A stretch of DNA of 64,000 bases from Neodothiora populina (lineage: Eukaryota), in the NCBI RefSeq assembly GCF_041146345.1, contig NW_027191415.1, positions 496,001-560,000 of the forward strand. Direction: 5' to 3'. Every line of letters begins with the position of its first letter. The stretch's first letter is position 1. A model generated the notes under the pieces. The model searched no databases and was not told where the DNA came from. It worked only from the letters and a program-made list of their open reading frames with translations. Positions 22,568-34,436 of the stretch are shown one piece after another. A program made the position numbers and the translations under genes.

Positions 22568-25500
22568 GATTGTACGAGATGGGATTGCGTGACTTTTCCT
22601 TTCGAAGGTCTGGTCAAGTCTTCCGTGTATACAGACGAAAATTGAACTTATGAGGTGTGCTAGCACGATACTTATGGATTATGTGTAAGATGCGACAGGT
22701 CAAGGACAAGTATCTCTGTCTTTATTTCTACCTTACCTTGCAAGAAGAGCTGCATAGCAGACAATATTTATTCGTCATTGACTCTATATTCACGGTTAGA
22801 CCCAAGACACTCGACAACATGAGTCTATAGCAAGTGAAAAGTGACATCATCAGCTACGCTTGACGAACAGTCAACACCGGCTGAGCTACCTATACAAGCC
22901 CACGGCCAAAGAGAACAGAATCTCAGTAGTCTCGCCGATGGGAACGAATGAATATTCCTGGCGCAAGATCGCGTTGGCGTCATGATCGCGTTCGATCCAT
23001 CGCATCTCTATGCTAGGCTCGATTAGGACATGTGATTGGGATACAGTATTTTGAAGATCGAGAGGAGAGAGATCCGTCTTGCCTAATGTGGTTGCGGGGT
23101 ATTGAAGGAACCTTTGTTCTCGTACCGCTATGTACTGTACCGTACCGTCGAGTACTCGGTACTTGGATCTAGGCTTTGTCAAAGTACCTCCCCTCCCAGC
23201 GACACTGTCATCACCTTATTCGATTGCCTATGTCCTACCACTATTTTCGACTGCTACCGGCTTTATGTTAGATATTATATAGTATGAGAGACTGAGTGCC
23301 CGAGATGTCTATGAGAGAGGAAGCAGAGCTCTAAATAACTGCACTTGTTCAAGCACATCTGTTAACGGCACGTGCTCTTTTAAATTACCTAGCGTTGTAC
23401 ATCGAACACCCCGAGTCTCCGGGTGGAGAAGTACAGTAGAGATGAGCACACAACGAGAAGCACATTAATTAGCGTATCCACGTGCACAGAAGTACAGGTC
23501 TGGGTCCAATCTATCACTCAAGAGCAAGCGGAAGTATTGGATGACATCGAACTACCCATAGACCGGTCTCTCTAGGGCCCGTGTTGTATTGAATGATTGC
23601 GATGATACCTTGCTCGGCACCAAGACAGGGTCGCCCTGATTTTCTGGTAAATCGATAGGCGAGTACTAGCAGGTGACTAGAGGATCATCAGTTGCTGACA
23701 TGGATTGGCATCGAACATGAGCTGTCAACGTCGCAACCCTCTGAGATCATTATGCTAGTCGGCTTTCATAACTTTACTGTCAAGGCTGTACAAGTGTCGA
23801 TGTCTTTGTGTTTTGCGTTCTTGGTCTAAAATGCGGCATCATCTGTTCGTCGTGCAGCTTCTCGAGACGCACACGAGGACCGAGTCAATTGCGAGCTTCT
23901 AGCTTTGGGCTCGGCAAATGCGGTGTCTCGAGTCATCAATCATAACGGCTTGATAGAACCTGTCAGCTCAGGTGAGCATGTGCTTTGCCGGACCTGCAAC
24001 GCAGCTACAAGTATGTCGGGACCATCAGAGAGAGACACTGCACAGACCGGTATATGCATCAGTCGCAGGGACCGAGATTCCGTTGCCCAGATGATTGCGA
24101 GTTCGAATAAGGAAGAGTCCGGCTATTGCCTACTTCTTAAATGTGCCAACGACCACGACAGCACACCCGGCAGTCCGGCAAAGATGGTGATAGGGGTAGA
24201 TTACTTTTATATGTCGATAAATGTTCAAGCTCTGACACCAGTCACTCTGCTCTGTTGTACGATCTACCTGGTAAGTAGCGCAGAGCCACATCATGGTCAC
24301 GGCGCACCTAAATTTGGTGTGCAGTATGTGTACTATCTTACTACACTGAGGTGAGCACTGCAAGTCCGAAGTTTTGGCACTCGGCCATACACATGGACCC
24401 CTGGGAGATTCAACATTCTCGAAGGCGCCAAGGGATTCGGGTCAAAATTGATCGCTTCTTAGTCAGTGAAAAAGATGCAGCAGAACACGAGATGGCTAGC
24501 ATTGCGCGAACTGTGAGGAGCAATATTGTAGATCTGGCAGTCGCTCAATAGGCAAAATGCTGTCTAAGTTAGCAAGCGGTGAGGCCAAGGTTGGAGCGGT
24601 ATGTATTGAGTTGTCAATGCGGACGGCAAGAGGGGTCGTGCTGCTTTGTCAAAGATGCCGCACAAAAGCTACCTACATGGGTCGTGCATTCGTTCGCCGT
24701 GTCTAGGTCATGAGTTCATAGTGTCAGAATAGTTGACCTTGCAGATCTGCTGATGGTGGAATGATGGTAGCACGCAGCGACTCGTATTCGAATGCTGTCT
24801 AGATATGCGAGCCATGCTACGGGGAGTGCAATCTGTCACTGCAAAAGTGCACCCGCATCCGCACCCGCATTCAATTGCATACCTTAAGGTAAAAAGGAAG
24901 AAAGAATCTATACATCATCTGACGTGCCCCATGGCTAGTCTGACGCGGGCAATACGATAGCGACACTGAGTTGACGACACCGCCGAGGATAAGGTGAGGT
25001 ATGACTTAGGCGAATCAACGAGGGAGTGGCTGGCGGGTTGACGGGATCATCGCTTGCGGGGCATTTCACTAATACTTGTAAGCTGGAACCTTGAGGGTCC
25101 TTCGCGCTCGTCTCATTGGCTAAGGCAGGGAATAAGCAGCTAATGATAATCAATCACTGTATCGCACCGGGCGTGGGTGTCTCTGTGTGTGGTGTGTCGT
25201 TGTCTGGTCTGCTTCTCATCCAATCCACTTTGCTACTTCCTCTTTCTCTCACATTTCAGAGAATATTATCCGAGTCGGGTTGCAGTTGCGAAATCTGCGA
25301 AATCTCCGAATCATCTGGCAAGAAGCTACGTGTCACGTCGTCCTGCTGCAATCTTTGTCTCCCCCGCGATCTTTTCCTTTCTTTTGCACACCTGTCTAGC
25401 AGTGGCTTTGTCCTTACTCGTGTTCTTGTGCATGATTTGGAGCTTCCGAGGGCCGTGACGGCGATCAGCAACTGCGACTCCGCTGCACCACGATTCAACC

Positions 25501-25682
25501 TATCTCGCCCAACCTCCAATTTCTCAGCGAATCGCCACGGCATCAGCACGAATTTGTTATTCCAGCTGCTGCGCGATCATTACAGCTACCATCCTGGTGT
25601 AAAATCACGATGGTCATGGTAGAGACGCTGACTTAGAGGCCTGTTCTGGCTGCCCTTTGGGGCAGGTTCGCATACATTCGTG

Positions 25683-28600
25683 ATGACTTCACATCCACAA
25701 AGTGACAAGGTCGACATGACCGAGGACGTTAGCCCAAACACACTCGTTCCCCCTGCTGTTACCGCTTTGAAGGAGCAGGCCTTCGGACCTGGAATTGCCC
25801 GCGGAATCATGGAACGATCTATCAGCGAGGATATCCGCGAGGAACGAGATGACCTCAAGAGAGCCGCCGAGCAGTCTCTCAATGCCATTATGGACATGAA
25901 CCTGGACGGCACCATCCGATGGATCAGCCCTTCCTGGATAGAGCTCACCGGGGTTGACCCTTTGACCATCACCGGCAAACACATGTCGGATATAATCTAC
26001 GACAACACTACAATATTCGCCGATTCTATCGAGGCCATGCGCAAGGATGACAGCAAAAGTCGCATCATTCGCTTTGCAGTGAAATGCCTTACTCACATAC
26101 ACGCTTCCAGACGCACCAGCCAGAATGTGGAAGGAGACAGCCAAGAAAGAGACGAGGAAACAATTCTGGACGAGGAAGTCGAAGAACCCCTGCCCGTGGA
26201 GCACCTGGTGAACCTCGAGGCCCAGGGCATTATGGTCTATGATAGAACTACGGGTCAGGAAAGCCACACCATGTGGATGATCAAACCTGCCATCCGTCGC
26301 GAGATTACCATTGATCTGCCGGACGTGTTGATCGAAGGTCTAGGGATCGGAGCCCATGTACTCGCACAATACCTGACCACACTCGCCGAAATGGGCAGTG
26401 ACGATCCTGCACAACATCCTCCGCCACCTCCCGCGCTATGTCGAATCTGCGAACGCAACATCACTCCGTGGTGGTTTGAGAAACACACAGAGCTGTGCCT
26501 GCAGGAACACCGCGCCGAAATGGAAGTCCAGATGGTCCAGGAGTCACTGACCGAACACCGTTCGTCCATAGTCAGGGTTCTGGATGCTCTGGAGATGCAA
26601 GCTCGCCCATCTCGGCCTGTTTCGAATGACTCGGCGTCACCGCCTCCTGCCCTGCAGGCGGAATACAAGGGCCAGCTCATAGGCCCAATGTCGTTGCCCT
26701 CGTCCGGTCCTTCGTCTGGTCGTGCTTCTCCTGCCGCAGCTTCTCGCGCCAGATCTCGAGATTCGTCGGGCTCCGGTCTCGGCCACCAGAGAGCCCGCTC
26801 ATTTGCTGTTCGCCGGCCGTTAGCGCGGATCGTGGAGCTTGTGCTTGACCTGTGCGATACAGCACTTGAAATTAGTACGCCAGCCATCAAGGATGTCTCC
26901 GGCCTGCCGAATGCGGAGATTCGGACACAATCACCACAATCGGAGAGTAGAATATCCCAAGTCATGCAGTGGCAGTCACCGAGCGCCGGAACTCTGGAGA
27001 ATGAGTCGGGCCTTTCGCTTCTGTGCGACGACACTGCCACTTTATCCAAGGCCAAAGTCGAGGCCGTCTTCCGCCATCGACGAGTTCTGGAGTACGCAGA
27101 GCGGCTCAGGATTGAATTCCACATACTGGTACAGGAATGCATTGATGAGGCTCTTGCCAAAGCGTCCCGCATTGCAGCAGGCGAGATCAGCGACTCGAGC
27201 GAAAGCTCCTCCTCTACCGACCGCCAGGAAGAGGACTTTGACCAAGCCTTGGATGTAGAGCGACCCTCGAGAGCCAGGGACAATGCTCCGGATGACTTTG
27301 TGATTGGGTCTTATAGCTCTGCCATTGGTACAGCACCCATGCCGTTTGTACTACCCGATGCACCCAGCTCCTCCTCTTTGTCGGATTCGTGGCGTAGAGC
27401 TCCCTCCGCTGCGGGCTCATCTCGATCCAACAGCCCTCATGGAGCAAGGACACCTCGCTCATATGGAACATCAAGTGTGCTCAGCTCTTTGCTTCACCAC
27501 AAACGTAGTTCTATCCTACCTCCAGAAAGTGACACCGGTGCGGACAGTGACTCAAGCGTACGGTCGTCTCTTGCATCGACAACCCTGCGCACTGATTCCC
27601 CTGGCCCTGACTCTCTTGGTCTACATCGCGTTGCAAGCTCGAGAGAACGGAAACGGCGGAGCTTGGCGCTACCTAGCTTACAGGGCAATAGCAGACAGCC
27701 CTCGCCGACTCGAAGTATCATCGTACCATCCTCTCCTTTACGTATGGCAAAGCGGATGCCGAGTGGGGGTGACAGCATCCCATCACCTCTGACATCACCC
27801 CTGCTGTCCCACAGCGATTTTTCATCCCCGGTTATCCGTGCGCAGCATCATTCACATCATCACAGTCATCGTCGCAAGTCCTCCGCACAACTATCTGAGT
27901 CCTTCCGCGCCCCGCCGTCACCAAGGCTGAGCGCGGTTAGCAGTAATCCACAGCCTCGCGCCGTCCAGACATCGATCAAGGACTTTGAGATCATCAAGCC
28001 GATCAGCAAAGGTGCCTTCGGAAGTGTCTACTTGGCCAAGAAGAAGGTCACGGGTGATTACTACGCCATCAAGGTCCTGAAGAAGTCTGACATGGTAGCC
28101 AAGAATCAGGTCACCAACGTGAAAGCCGAGCGTGCTATCATGATGTGGCAGGGCGAGAGCGATTTCGTTGCTAAATTGTACTGGACTTTCTCCAGCAAGG
28201 ATTACCTCTATCTCGTAATGGAATATCTGAATGGCGGTGACTTGGCTTCTCTTATCAAGACGCTCGGCGGATTGTCCGAAGAGTGGGCGAAGAAGTATGT
28301 GGCCGAGGTCGTGATGGGCGTACAGCATCTTCACGAAAGGCAGATCGTCCATCGTGATTTGAAGCCTGACAATCTGCTCATCGATCCCAAGGGTCATTTG
28401 AAGCTCACCGACTTCGGTCTGTCCAGGATGGGCCTGATCGGACGTCAGAAAAGGCTACAGAATGGAAAGACTGCCGAAGCCCCAGATCTCCTCAAGATGA
28501 GCCTGTCGACCCGTACGAATCGGGCTCCATCCATGGAATCATCAAGGTCTACATCTTTCGATTGCAATGTCAATGCATCACCAGTCGTCACACCGGCCTT

Positions 28601-31600
28601 CACACCAGCTCTTACCGGCGAGATGGGCCAGCCTTCTTACTTTAGCCTCACTCGAGAAACCTCTCGTGAGGCGAACAGACGTACTTCAGGACACAGAAGT
28701 GATAGCGAGAACAGTGATGCTCTGCAGAATATGTTCAGACGCTTCTCCCTAGCCGAGGAACCTTACCGACGGACACCTATCGAAGAGGAACAGAGTGAGG
28801 GGGAATCTCCTGAACCGATCATGCTCCAGCCGACTCTGTCCAACACCATCACTGGGAGTCTCTCCAGCACACCTCCAATCCTGTCTGGCATGCCACCACC
28901 TCACATGGCGCTTTTCGACCCACAAGATAGTTCCAGGAGATTCGTGGGCACACCAGACTACCTCGCCCCAGAAACGATCAAGGGTATCGGTCAAGATGAG
29001 ATGAGTGATTGGTGGTCGTTGGGCTGCATCATGTTTGAGTGTCTCTACGGCTATCCACCCTATCATGCCGACACCCCAGAAGAGGTGTTTCAAAACATCT
29101 TGGCACGTAATATAGACTGGCCGGACCCTGAAGAATGGCCAGTCTCCGATGAGGCCATGGAGCTTATGAACAAATTGATGAACTCAGACCCGAAACAGCG
29201 GCTTGGAGCGAATATCGAGGATGAGTATCCGACTGGTGGAGACGAGATACGCGCACACCCATGGTTTGCTGATGTCGACTGGGACCACCTGATGGAAGAT
29301 GATGCGTCGTTCATCCCTGCGCCTGCGAATCCAGAAGACACTGAGTACTTTGATAGCAGAGGCGCCACACTGCAAAATTTCCAGGCTGAATTCGAGGATC
29401 AAGCTTCCTCGCCGGCAGGCACGCCCGGTGCAGAGTATCATGAAAGACCGCACGACGCACTTTCAAGGGTTCGAACACAAGTCAACTCATTGAAGCGTGG
29501 CCTGATGCCACTGCATATTCCCCCTCATGTGAGGGACGGACGGAGCCGTAGGTTGAGTGAGCCGATGGCAGCAGATGACTTTGGTAATTTCCAGTTCAAG
29601 AATTTGCCAGTGTTGGAAAAAGCAAACAAGGATGTCATTCAGAAACTCCGTGCAGAAGCAATGCAAGCTCAGAGCAAGAACTCGCACCAAGTTCCTGGTT
29701 CTCCCCCTGTAGTCTCTCCTGCACCATCACTGGAGTCCAGTCCGATCATGCCTGGGCCTCTGAAGCGCACGCTCTCTTCCAACAAAGGCAACAATCGTCC
29801 AGCTTCACCATCGCTTCTAAGTCAATCCAACTCATCACCTAGCCGAGGTTCCCAGCCATCATCGCCATTGTTGGTCTCCTTCAGTGCTGGCCATCACGAG
29901 CGTCGCAAGACTTCCGGTTCTGGCTCCAATTCAGCATTGGCCAACCAGATCAACAGTCCCGGCCAAGGTAGCAACATGCTCGATGCTCCAAGGCTTCCCG
30001 CTGCTTTCAAGTCACTTTCGGCTGCCTCTTCGCCTATCAAGATACCCAAGCCTCCTAATAGCTCGGGATCGATAGCTGGCTCTCAAGAAAAGCTCTCATA
30101 CCCAACGAGACATAGCAGTGCGTCATCTCGTCAACGAAGTCTGACGATAGGATCGCAAGATGAAGATTCAGTTCCAGAGATGGTGCCTCATCATAAACGA
30201 CGAAGCATGGCCTTCGACGTGTCGCCATCATCTTCTGACAACGAGGAGCAACGCACGAGACGGACTGAAGCTCTGCTACGGGTGCAACGACGCCGACAAA
30301 GTTCGCGACGTCTTTCGCAAGTCACCCTAGCCGAAGGGCCGGTCTTCAGGCCGTTGGATGTGTTGATCTGTGAGGATCATCCCGTCTCGCGGCTCGTCAT
30401 GGAAAGATTGCTGGAGAAGCTACGTTGTCGGACGATCTCCGTGACCAATGGATCAGAAGCGACACGATATGCCATGAGTGAAGTCAAGTTTGACATTATC
30501 ATGATGGAGTTTAGACTCCCTCAGATCAATGGCGCAGACGTCGCCAAGATGATCAGAGATACGAAGAACGCCAATTCTCACACTCCGATCGTTTGTATAA
30601 CTGGCTATCTGAAGGAGCTACAAGGAACACACCATTTCGACGCACTCGTCGAGAAGCCGCCTACCACTGCAAAGCTTACTGAAGTTATGAGTCGTTTGTG
30701 CCAATGGAGGCCTCCTCCTCCAGATTGGACACCAGCTCAGGTGTCAATGTTGCCGCGTTCTAGTCTTCGCAAGGAATCTTCCATGCCGGATCAGAGTCCA
30801 ACGACGACCAGCTCCCTGTCTGGCTTCGGAACGCTTACCACGAGCTATCGCGGATCTAGTAGAGAAGACTCGATAGGATCGAAGAGCTCGTTCGGAGAGA
30901 CGGACAGCCAGTTCAGTTCAATCCCTGTCATCATCAGTCGAGAGCCAACGAACGATTGGAATGACTCGGACTTGGAGCGCAATTTTGGTGGCCTTGGCAT
31001 CTCTCCCGATGATAGTGCAAGTCAATCGAAGGTCGCTCAAATCAAATTGCCATCCCTCACTGAGCAGGTATCTGCCCCTGGCCAGCTGGAAACGACCCCA
31101 GTCCTAGCCCCTCGGAAACAAAGATCCAGCGAGGCGATACAGGCCAAGCGGCGTTCACTCGAGAAGGACCGCCACGAGTGCGCGGAGTCTGGGGACGACG
31201 AAGACGAGGAACTCGGCAACACGCAGATAAGGGCCAAGTCTCCTCGCAAGACGATACAGTCCCGATCTTCCAAACTAGGCACAGAGATGATGCGCACGAA
31301 CAGCCGTGGAAGTATTGTCTCTGGAGAAGAACTATTGGCTGGAACGACTTCGGAAGACAGCGAGGCTTCGGATGCTACATCACATGACCCGCCTTCGCCT
31401 TCACCAAAAGGCTATATGACAACAGGCAAGAGTGTAGGCATCAGCCTCACACCTCCGGAGGTATCCCCGAAAGCACCGGGAAACAAGGTGGAGGGAATTG
31501 AAATGAATGCGACCGCGACGACACCAAAGCTTCAGCAGACGGCAGGATTCGGCGAAGGTGATTCGGACCGTGATCCAGACCCGACTCCCAGACCCCATCA

Positions 31601-31664
31601 TGTAACAACACCAGATCCGGACCCAACACCAAGGGCCTCTGGTTCGCCCACACGTAGGGACTGA
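25683..31664 (+). CDS. RIM15: Rim15/Cek1 (Greatwall-like) Ser/Thr kinase: PAS, CCHC zinc finger, split AGC kinase domain and receiver domain
   Basis: About 1990-aa intronless ORF. PAS domain (MNLDGTIRWISPSW); CRICE..HTELC; ISKGAFGSV, HRDLKPDN, DFG, long insert, then FVGTPDYLAPE; C-terminal REC domain (VLICEDH). The start could be 25683 or 25716. Confidence 0.95.
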   Translation: MTSHPQSDKVDMTEDVSPNTLVPPAVTALKEQAFGPGIARGIMERSISEDIREERDDLKRAAEQSLNAIMDMNLDGTIRWISPSWIELTGVDPLTITGKHMSDIIYDNTTIFADSIEAMRKDDSKSRIIRFAVKCLTHIHASRRTSQNVEGDSQERDEETILDEEVEEPLPVEHLVNLEAQGIMVYDRTTGQESHTMWMIKPAIRREITIDLPDVLIEGLGIGAHVLAQYLTTLAEMGSDDPAQHPPPPPALCRICERNITPWWFEKHTELCLQEHRAEMEVQMVQESLTEHRSSIVRVLDALEMQARPSRPVSNDSASPPPALQAEYKGQLIGPMSLPSSGPSSGRASPAAASRARSRDSSGSGLGHQRARSFAVRRPLARIVELVLDLCDTALEISTPAIKDVSGLPNAEIRTQSPQSESRISQVMQWQSPSAGTLENESGLSLLCDDTATLSKAKVEAVFRHRRVLEYAERLRIEFHILVQECIDEALAKASRIAAGEISDSSESSSSTDRQEEDFDQALDVERPSRARDNAPDDFVIGSYSSAIGTAPMPFVLPDAPSSSSLSDSWRRAPSAAGSSRSNSPHGARTPRSYGTSSVLSSLLHHKRSSILPPESDTGADSDSSVRSSLASTTLRTDSPGPDSLGLHRVASSRERKRRSLALPSLQGNSRQPSPTRSIIVPSSPLRMAKRMPSGGDSIPSPLTSPLLSHSDFSSPVIRAQHHSHHHSHRRKSSAQLSESFRAPPSPRLSAVSSNPQPRAVQTSIKDFEIIKPISKGAFGSVYLAKKKVTGDYYAIKVLKKSDMVAKNQVTNVKAERAIMMWQGESDFVAKLYWTFSSKDYLYLVMEYLNGGDLASLIKTLGGLSEEWAKKYVAEVVMGVQHLHERQIVHRDLKPDNLLIDPKGHLKLTDFGLSRMGLIGRQKRLQNGKTAEAPDLLKMSLSTRTNRAPSMESSRSTSFDCNVNASPVVTPAFTPALTGEMGQPSYFSLTRETSREANRRTSGHRSDSENSDALQNMFRRFSLAEEPYRRTPIEEEQSEGESPEPIMLQPTLSNTITGSLSSTPPILSGMPPPHMALFDPQDSSRRFVGTPDYLAPETIKGIGQDEMSDWWSLGCIMFECLYGYPPYHADTPEEVFQNILARNIDWPDPEEWPVSDEAMELMNKLMNSDPKQRLGANIEDEYPTGGDEIRAHPWFADVDWDHLMEDDASFIPAPANPEDTEYFDSRGATLQNFQAEFEDQASSPAGTPGAEYHERPHDALSRVRTQVNSLKRGLMPLHIPPHVRDGRSRRLSEPMAADDFGNFQFKNLPVLEKANKDVIQKLRAEAMQAQSKNSHQVPGSPPVVSPAPSLESSPIMPGPLKRTLSSNKGNNRPASPSLLSQSNSSPSRGSQPSSPLLVSFSAGHHERRKTSGSGSNSALANQINSPGQGSNMLDAPRLPAAFKSLSAASSPIKIPKPPNSSGSIAGSQEKLSYPTRHSSASSRQRSLTIGSQDEDSVPEMVPHHKRRSMAFDVSPSSSDNEEQRTRRTEALLRVQRRRQSSRRLSQVTLAEGPVFRPLDVLICEDHPVSRLVMERLLEKLRCRTISVTNGSEATRYAMSEVKFDIIMMEFRLPQINGADVAKMIRDTKNANSHTPIVCITGYLKELQGTHHFDALVEKPPTTAKLTEVMSRLCQWRPPPPDWTPAQVSMLPRSSLRKESSMPDQSPTTTSSLSGFGTLTTSYRGSSREDSIGSKSSFGETDSQFSSIPVIISREPTNDWNDSDLERNFGGLGISPDDSASQSKVAQIKLPSLTEQVSAPGQLETTPVLAPRKQRSSEAIQAKRRSLEKDRHECAESGDDEDEELGNTQIRAKSPRKTIQSRSSKLGTEMMRTNSRGSIVSGEELLAGTTSEDSEASDATSHDPPSPSPKGYMTTGKSVGISLTPPEVSPKAPGNKVEGIEMNATATTPKLQQTAGFGEGDSDRDPDPTPRPHHVTTPDPDPTPRASGSPTRRD

Positions 31665-33097
31665 GGCTGTGTCTTATCAGCGTTGTTTCTTTCGTGGAGC
31701 GCAGGGCGGAGTATTACTTGTTGACGATAGATTTGCTGCGATGGCACTTGGGACGTTGTCGCAATTGGTACAAATCCATTCACTTTGTTGTGTATATGAC
31801 CATTGAGGTTTTCTTGGTCAATTTTCTTTTCTTCCTGGCTTGCTGCTGTCAGAGCAGGTGTACATGGAGAGCAAGGTGTCATTGGCGTTTCGTGGTGACT
31901 TTTGTCTTTTGTGTTTTCTTTCTCTCTTTCTATTCACATACACTTTGGTTGTGAAGTTTCGCAGTGCAAAAGGGGGGCATTTGTTATCGTCAAGGGTTGA
32001 TGGTCGTGAGACAGCGCGAGAGGCATAAGTGCAGGGGAAGGAAAATGGGAAGGAGCGAGGAAATGGAGAGGATTCAACCGTTCCCTTTTCTTTTCATTCT
32101 TGTGAATTTTTTCTCTTCTTTTCCCTTTTTGTTCTCTTGGTTTGCTACGAGGACAATACCCGAAGAACACCAATATCTATACACCAAAAAAATCAACAGC
32201 TTACGTTTCCGCTCTTACACAGTTTCTGGACTTGTCAATCCTTTTCAGCCTGCAGATGGAGATGGCCAAGATGGACCTTTGATGAAGAGGGAAGATGAGG
32301 ATATATGTTTCTTGATTTTGTAAGGATGCGACTGCATGTTTCGACAGGGAGAAGCCCGTGTCCGCCAAGTTTCATATATACACAGTTTCGCGGGTGCAAA
32401 AGAAGTTGGCAAACCAAGACACCGACTCCTCCATCGCTGTAACCGATATTTTTGCGCTGCTCCATCAACAGGGGCAAAACGAATGGGGCAAAGAAAAAGG
32501 AAAACCCCTGTATTCTGTGCATTCAAGCATAGTCTTCCTCTGCGCCCCGGTACTGGGACTAGGCTCCGTAATCGAGATGAACGTGATTGTCTGAACACGC
32601 CCTTTTTATCGCCTGTCGACCCGCCCTAGTCCCCGCATCAAGGCTCGAAAAGAATCATTGGAAAAACAAACGCCGGGTATAAATGCTTGATGCCATTCCT
32701 GCCTGAGATGAGTCTTTTGGTTGTGAGTGCCCCTTGCCCGGGGTTCACTGTCGGGCTTTGCCTTTGGGCTCAGGTTCTTGTTGGCTGAGATGTTGAGGGG
32801 TGGGAATCTTGTGTTGTGGTATAGAAGAAGGTGTAGGATGAGTAGGCGTGTAATTCGTGTGGTTAGTTGTCCGAAACAGGGACAACATGGTGGATTTTAA
32901 TGGAGTGCCGGGTTTATCTGTGGACTCTATGCTGCTCGCGTATCCCTCTTCTCTGGTGTGTGCCACTTTTCCTTGTCCTTGATTCCCTTTTTCCCACAAC
33001 CTAGGCATAGCTTCCGGTGCCTTTTCCCCACGAGTCGTTTCCGTTATAATGTCATATTTTTTGCGATTGGTGTTTCAACAGAGAAGATAGAAAAAGA

Positions 33098-33574
33098 TCA
33101 CTGGACGAAATTCCTCATCTTCATCATCTCATCCAGCAGATCCTGAAGATCCTCGTCGGAGATTTTGTGTTCGAGAGAGGGAATCAGCGTCTTGGCCTCC
33201 TCGGCAGTGTCGGGGCACAGCGAGCCCAACTGGCTCCTCTCGAAGCCCTCGAGCTCGGTCCTGGAGGCCATGAGCTGCTCGACGGCGGTGACGTGCTCCT
33301 GCTGCTTGAAGCGCGCGAAGCACTCGAGGTACTCCTGGGTCTTGAGCAGCGTCTCGCTCTCCGGCACGCGCTGCTTGATCTGTCGTCGTCGCGTCACCAC
33401 GGCGCTGATGATGGTGCGCGCCTCGGACATGTTCAGCGTCGGCACGCCTTCGAAGGCGCCCAGCTTGAGTGTCGCGCCGGCTTCTTCGTCGCCTGTTGGG
33501 GGCAGTTTGGGTCGCGAGGCTGAGTGAGGGACTATGCGGCTGGGTTCACCGTTTGCGGTCGGAGGGTTGGCCAT
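33098..33574 (-). CDS. RPB4: RNA polymerase II subunit Rpb4
   Basis: GDEEAGATLKLG..LNMSEAR..LKTQEYLECFARFK..FERSQLGSLCPDTAEEAKTLIPSL..KISDEDLQDLLDE. Confidence 0.93.
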   Translation of the reverse strand: MANPPTANGEPSRIVPHSASRPKLPPTGDEEAGATLKLGAFEGVPTLNMSEARTIISAVVTRRRQIKQRVPESETLLKTQEYLECFARFKQQEHVTAVEQLMASRTELEGFERSQLGSLCPDTAEEAKTLIPSLEHKISDEDLQDLLDEMMKMRNFVQ

Positions 33575-34327
33575 TTTTGGTTGGGGATTGGTGACAAGGT
33601 GATGGGCGGAGAGAGCGGTGGCGAGAGCGAGAGTACAGTGATTGATGTTCGGTGACTGTTGGCGGGTGAGATGGTGGTGGTGACGGTGGATATAATGTGT
33701 ATGGTAGACTAATTACTGCACCAGGACAATAAAGCTGCAGCTGCTCTATTGCATCTCAGGCCTTGGCATGCTCTGTCCCTGATGTGTATAATGGTTATTA
33801 TTTCTTGGCAAAAGAGAGAGGTCGCCCTCGCCGGCGGCTCAACTTCCGCGATGCGCACTGACCAGGCAGAACTTCACGGCCGCATGGGCCAACCTACTGC
33901 TTGTATCTGTACAGGTACACTGTGTCGAGCGAAGCTTTCACGAAAGAAATGCCACCTACCTGCCCTGAGACAATTGGAAGTCCGAGGAGATGCCACATGT
34001 TCGTTCTCTGTCGAGACGGAAGCAGTGCATGCCCGTGTGAGATTGCGATGTCACAGAACAAAAGAAAAGAAGACATGAACAGAGAAGCCCAGAGCCGACA
34101 GCTCTCCTCCCCTCTCTGCCCCGCATTACACAGGTATGACGGAGTGACTCTCTGTAAACATGGAAGCCCGAGGTGGGTGATAGCAGCTCCGAGTTATCTC
34201 CCACGCCATGTCCACATAGCATTATTTCATTATTTCCATTACAAAGTCGAGACATCTGTTGCCGTCTGGAAAGTGTAATAGAGTTTCCCGTCTACTGTAC
34301 AGTAATAGCCACCCCTCTTGATCAGCA

Positions 34328-34336
34328 TATATATAA
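34328..34336 (+). promoter_or_regulatory. TATA box of the cyanase gene
   Basis: TATATATAA about 100 nt upstream of ATG 34437, followed by a CT-rich initiation region. Confidence 0.55.
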
Positions 34337-34436
34337 TCCCTTTCCGTGACCGTCCGCTCTTCATCCAGTCCTTTGCTCTGCTTTCTCCTTCTTCTTGACC
34401 ACTACTACATCCGTGACTACCACTACCACCTCCATC

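Noticed and set aside
22700..25100. Several 60-150 aa ORFs between the DUF5872 gene and RIM15
   Set aside because: No family motifs; consistent with a long divergent regulatory region.
26255..27283. 342-aa minus-strand ORF inside RIM15
   Set aside because: Antisense shadow of a real CDS.
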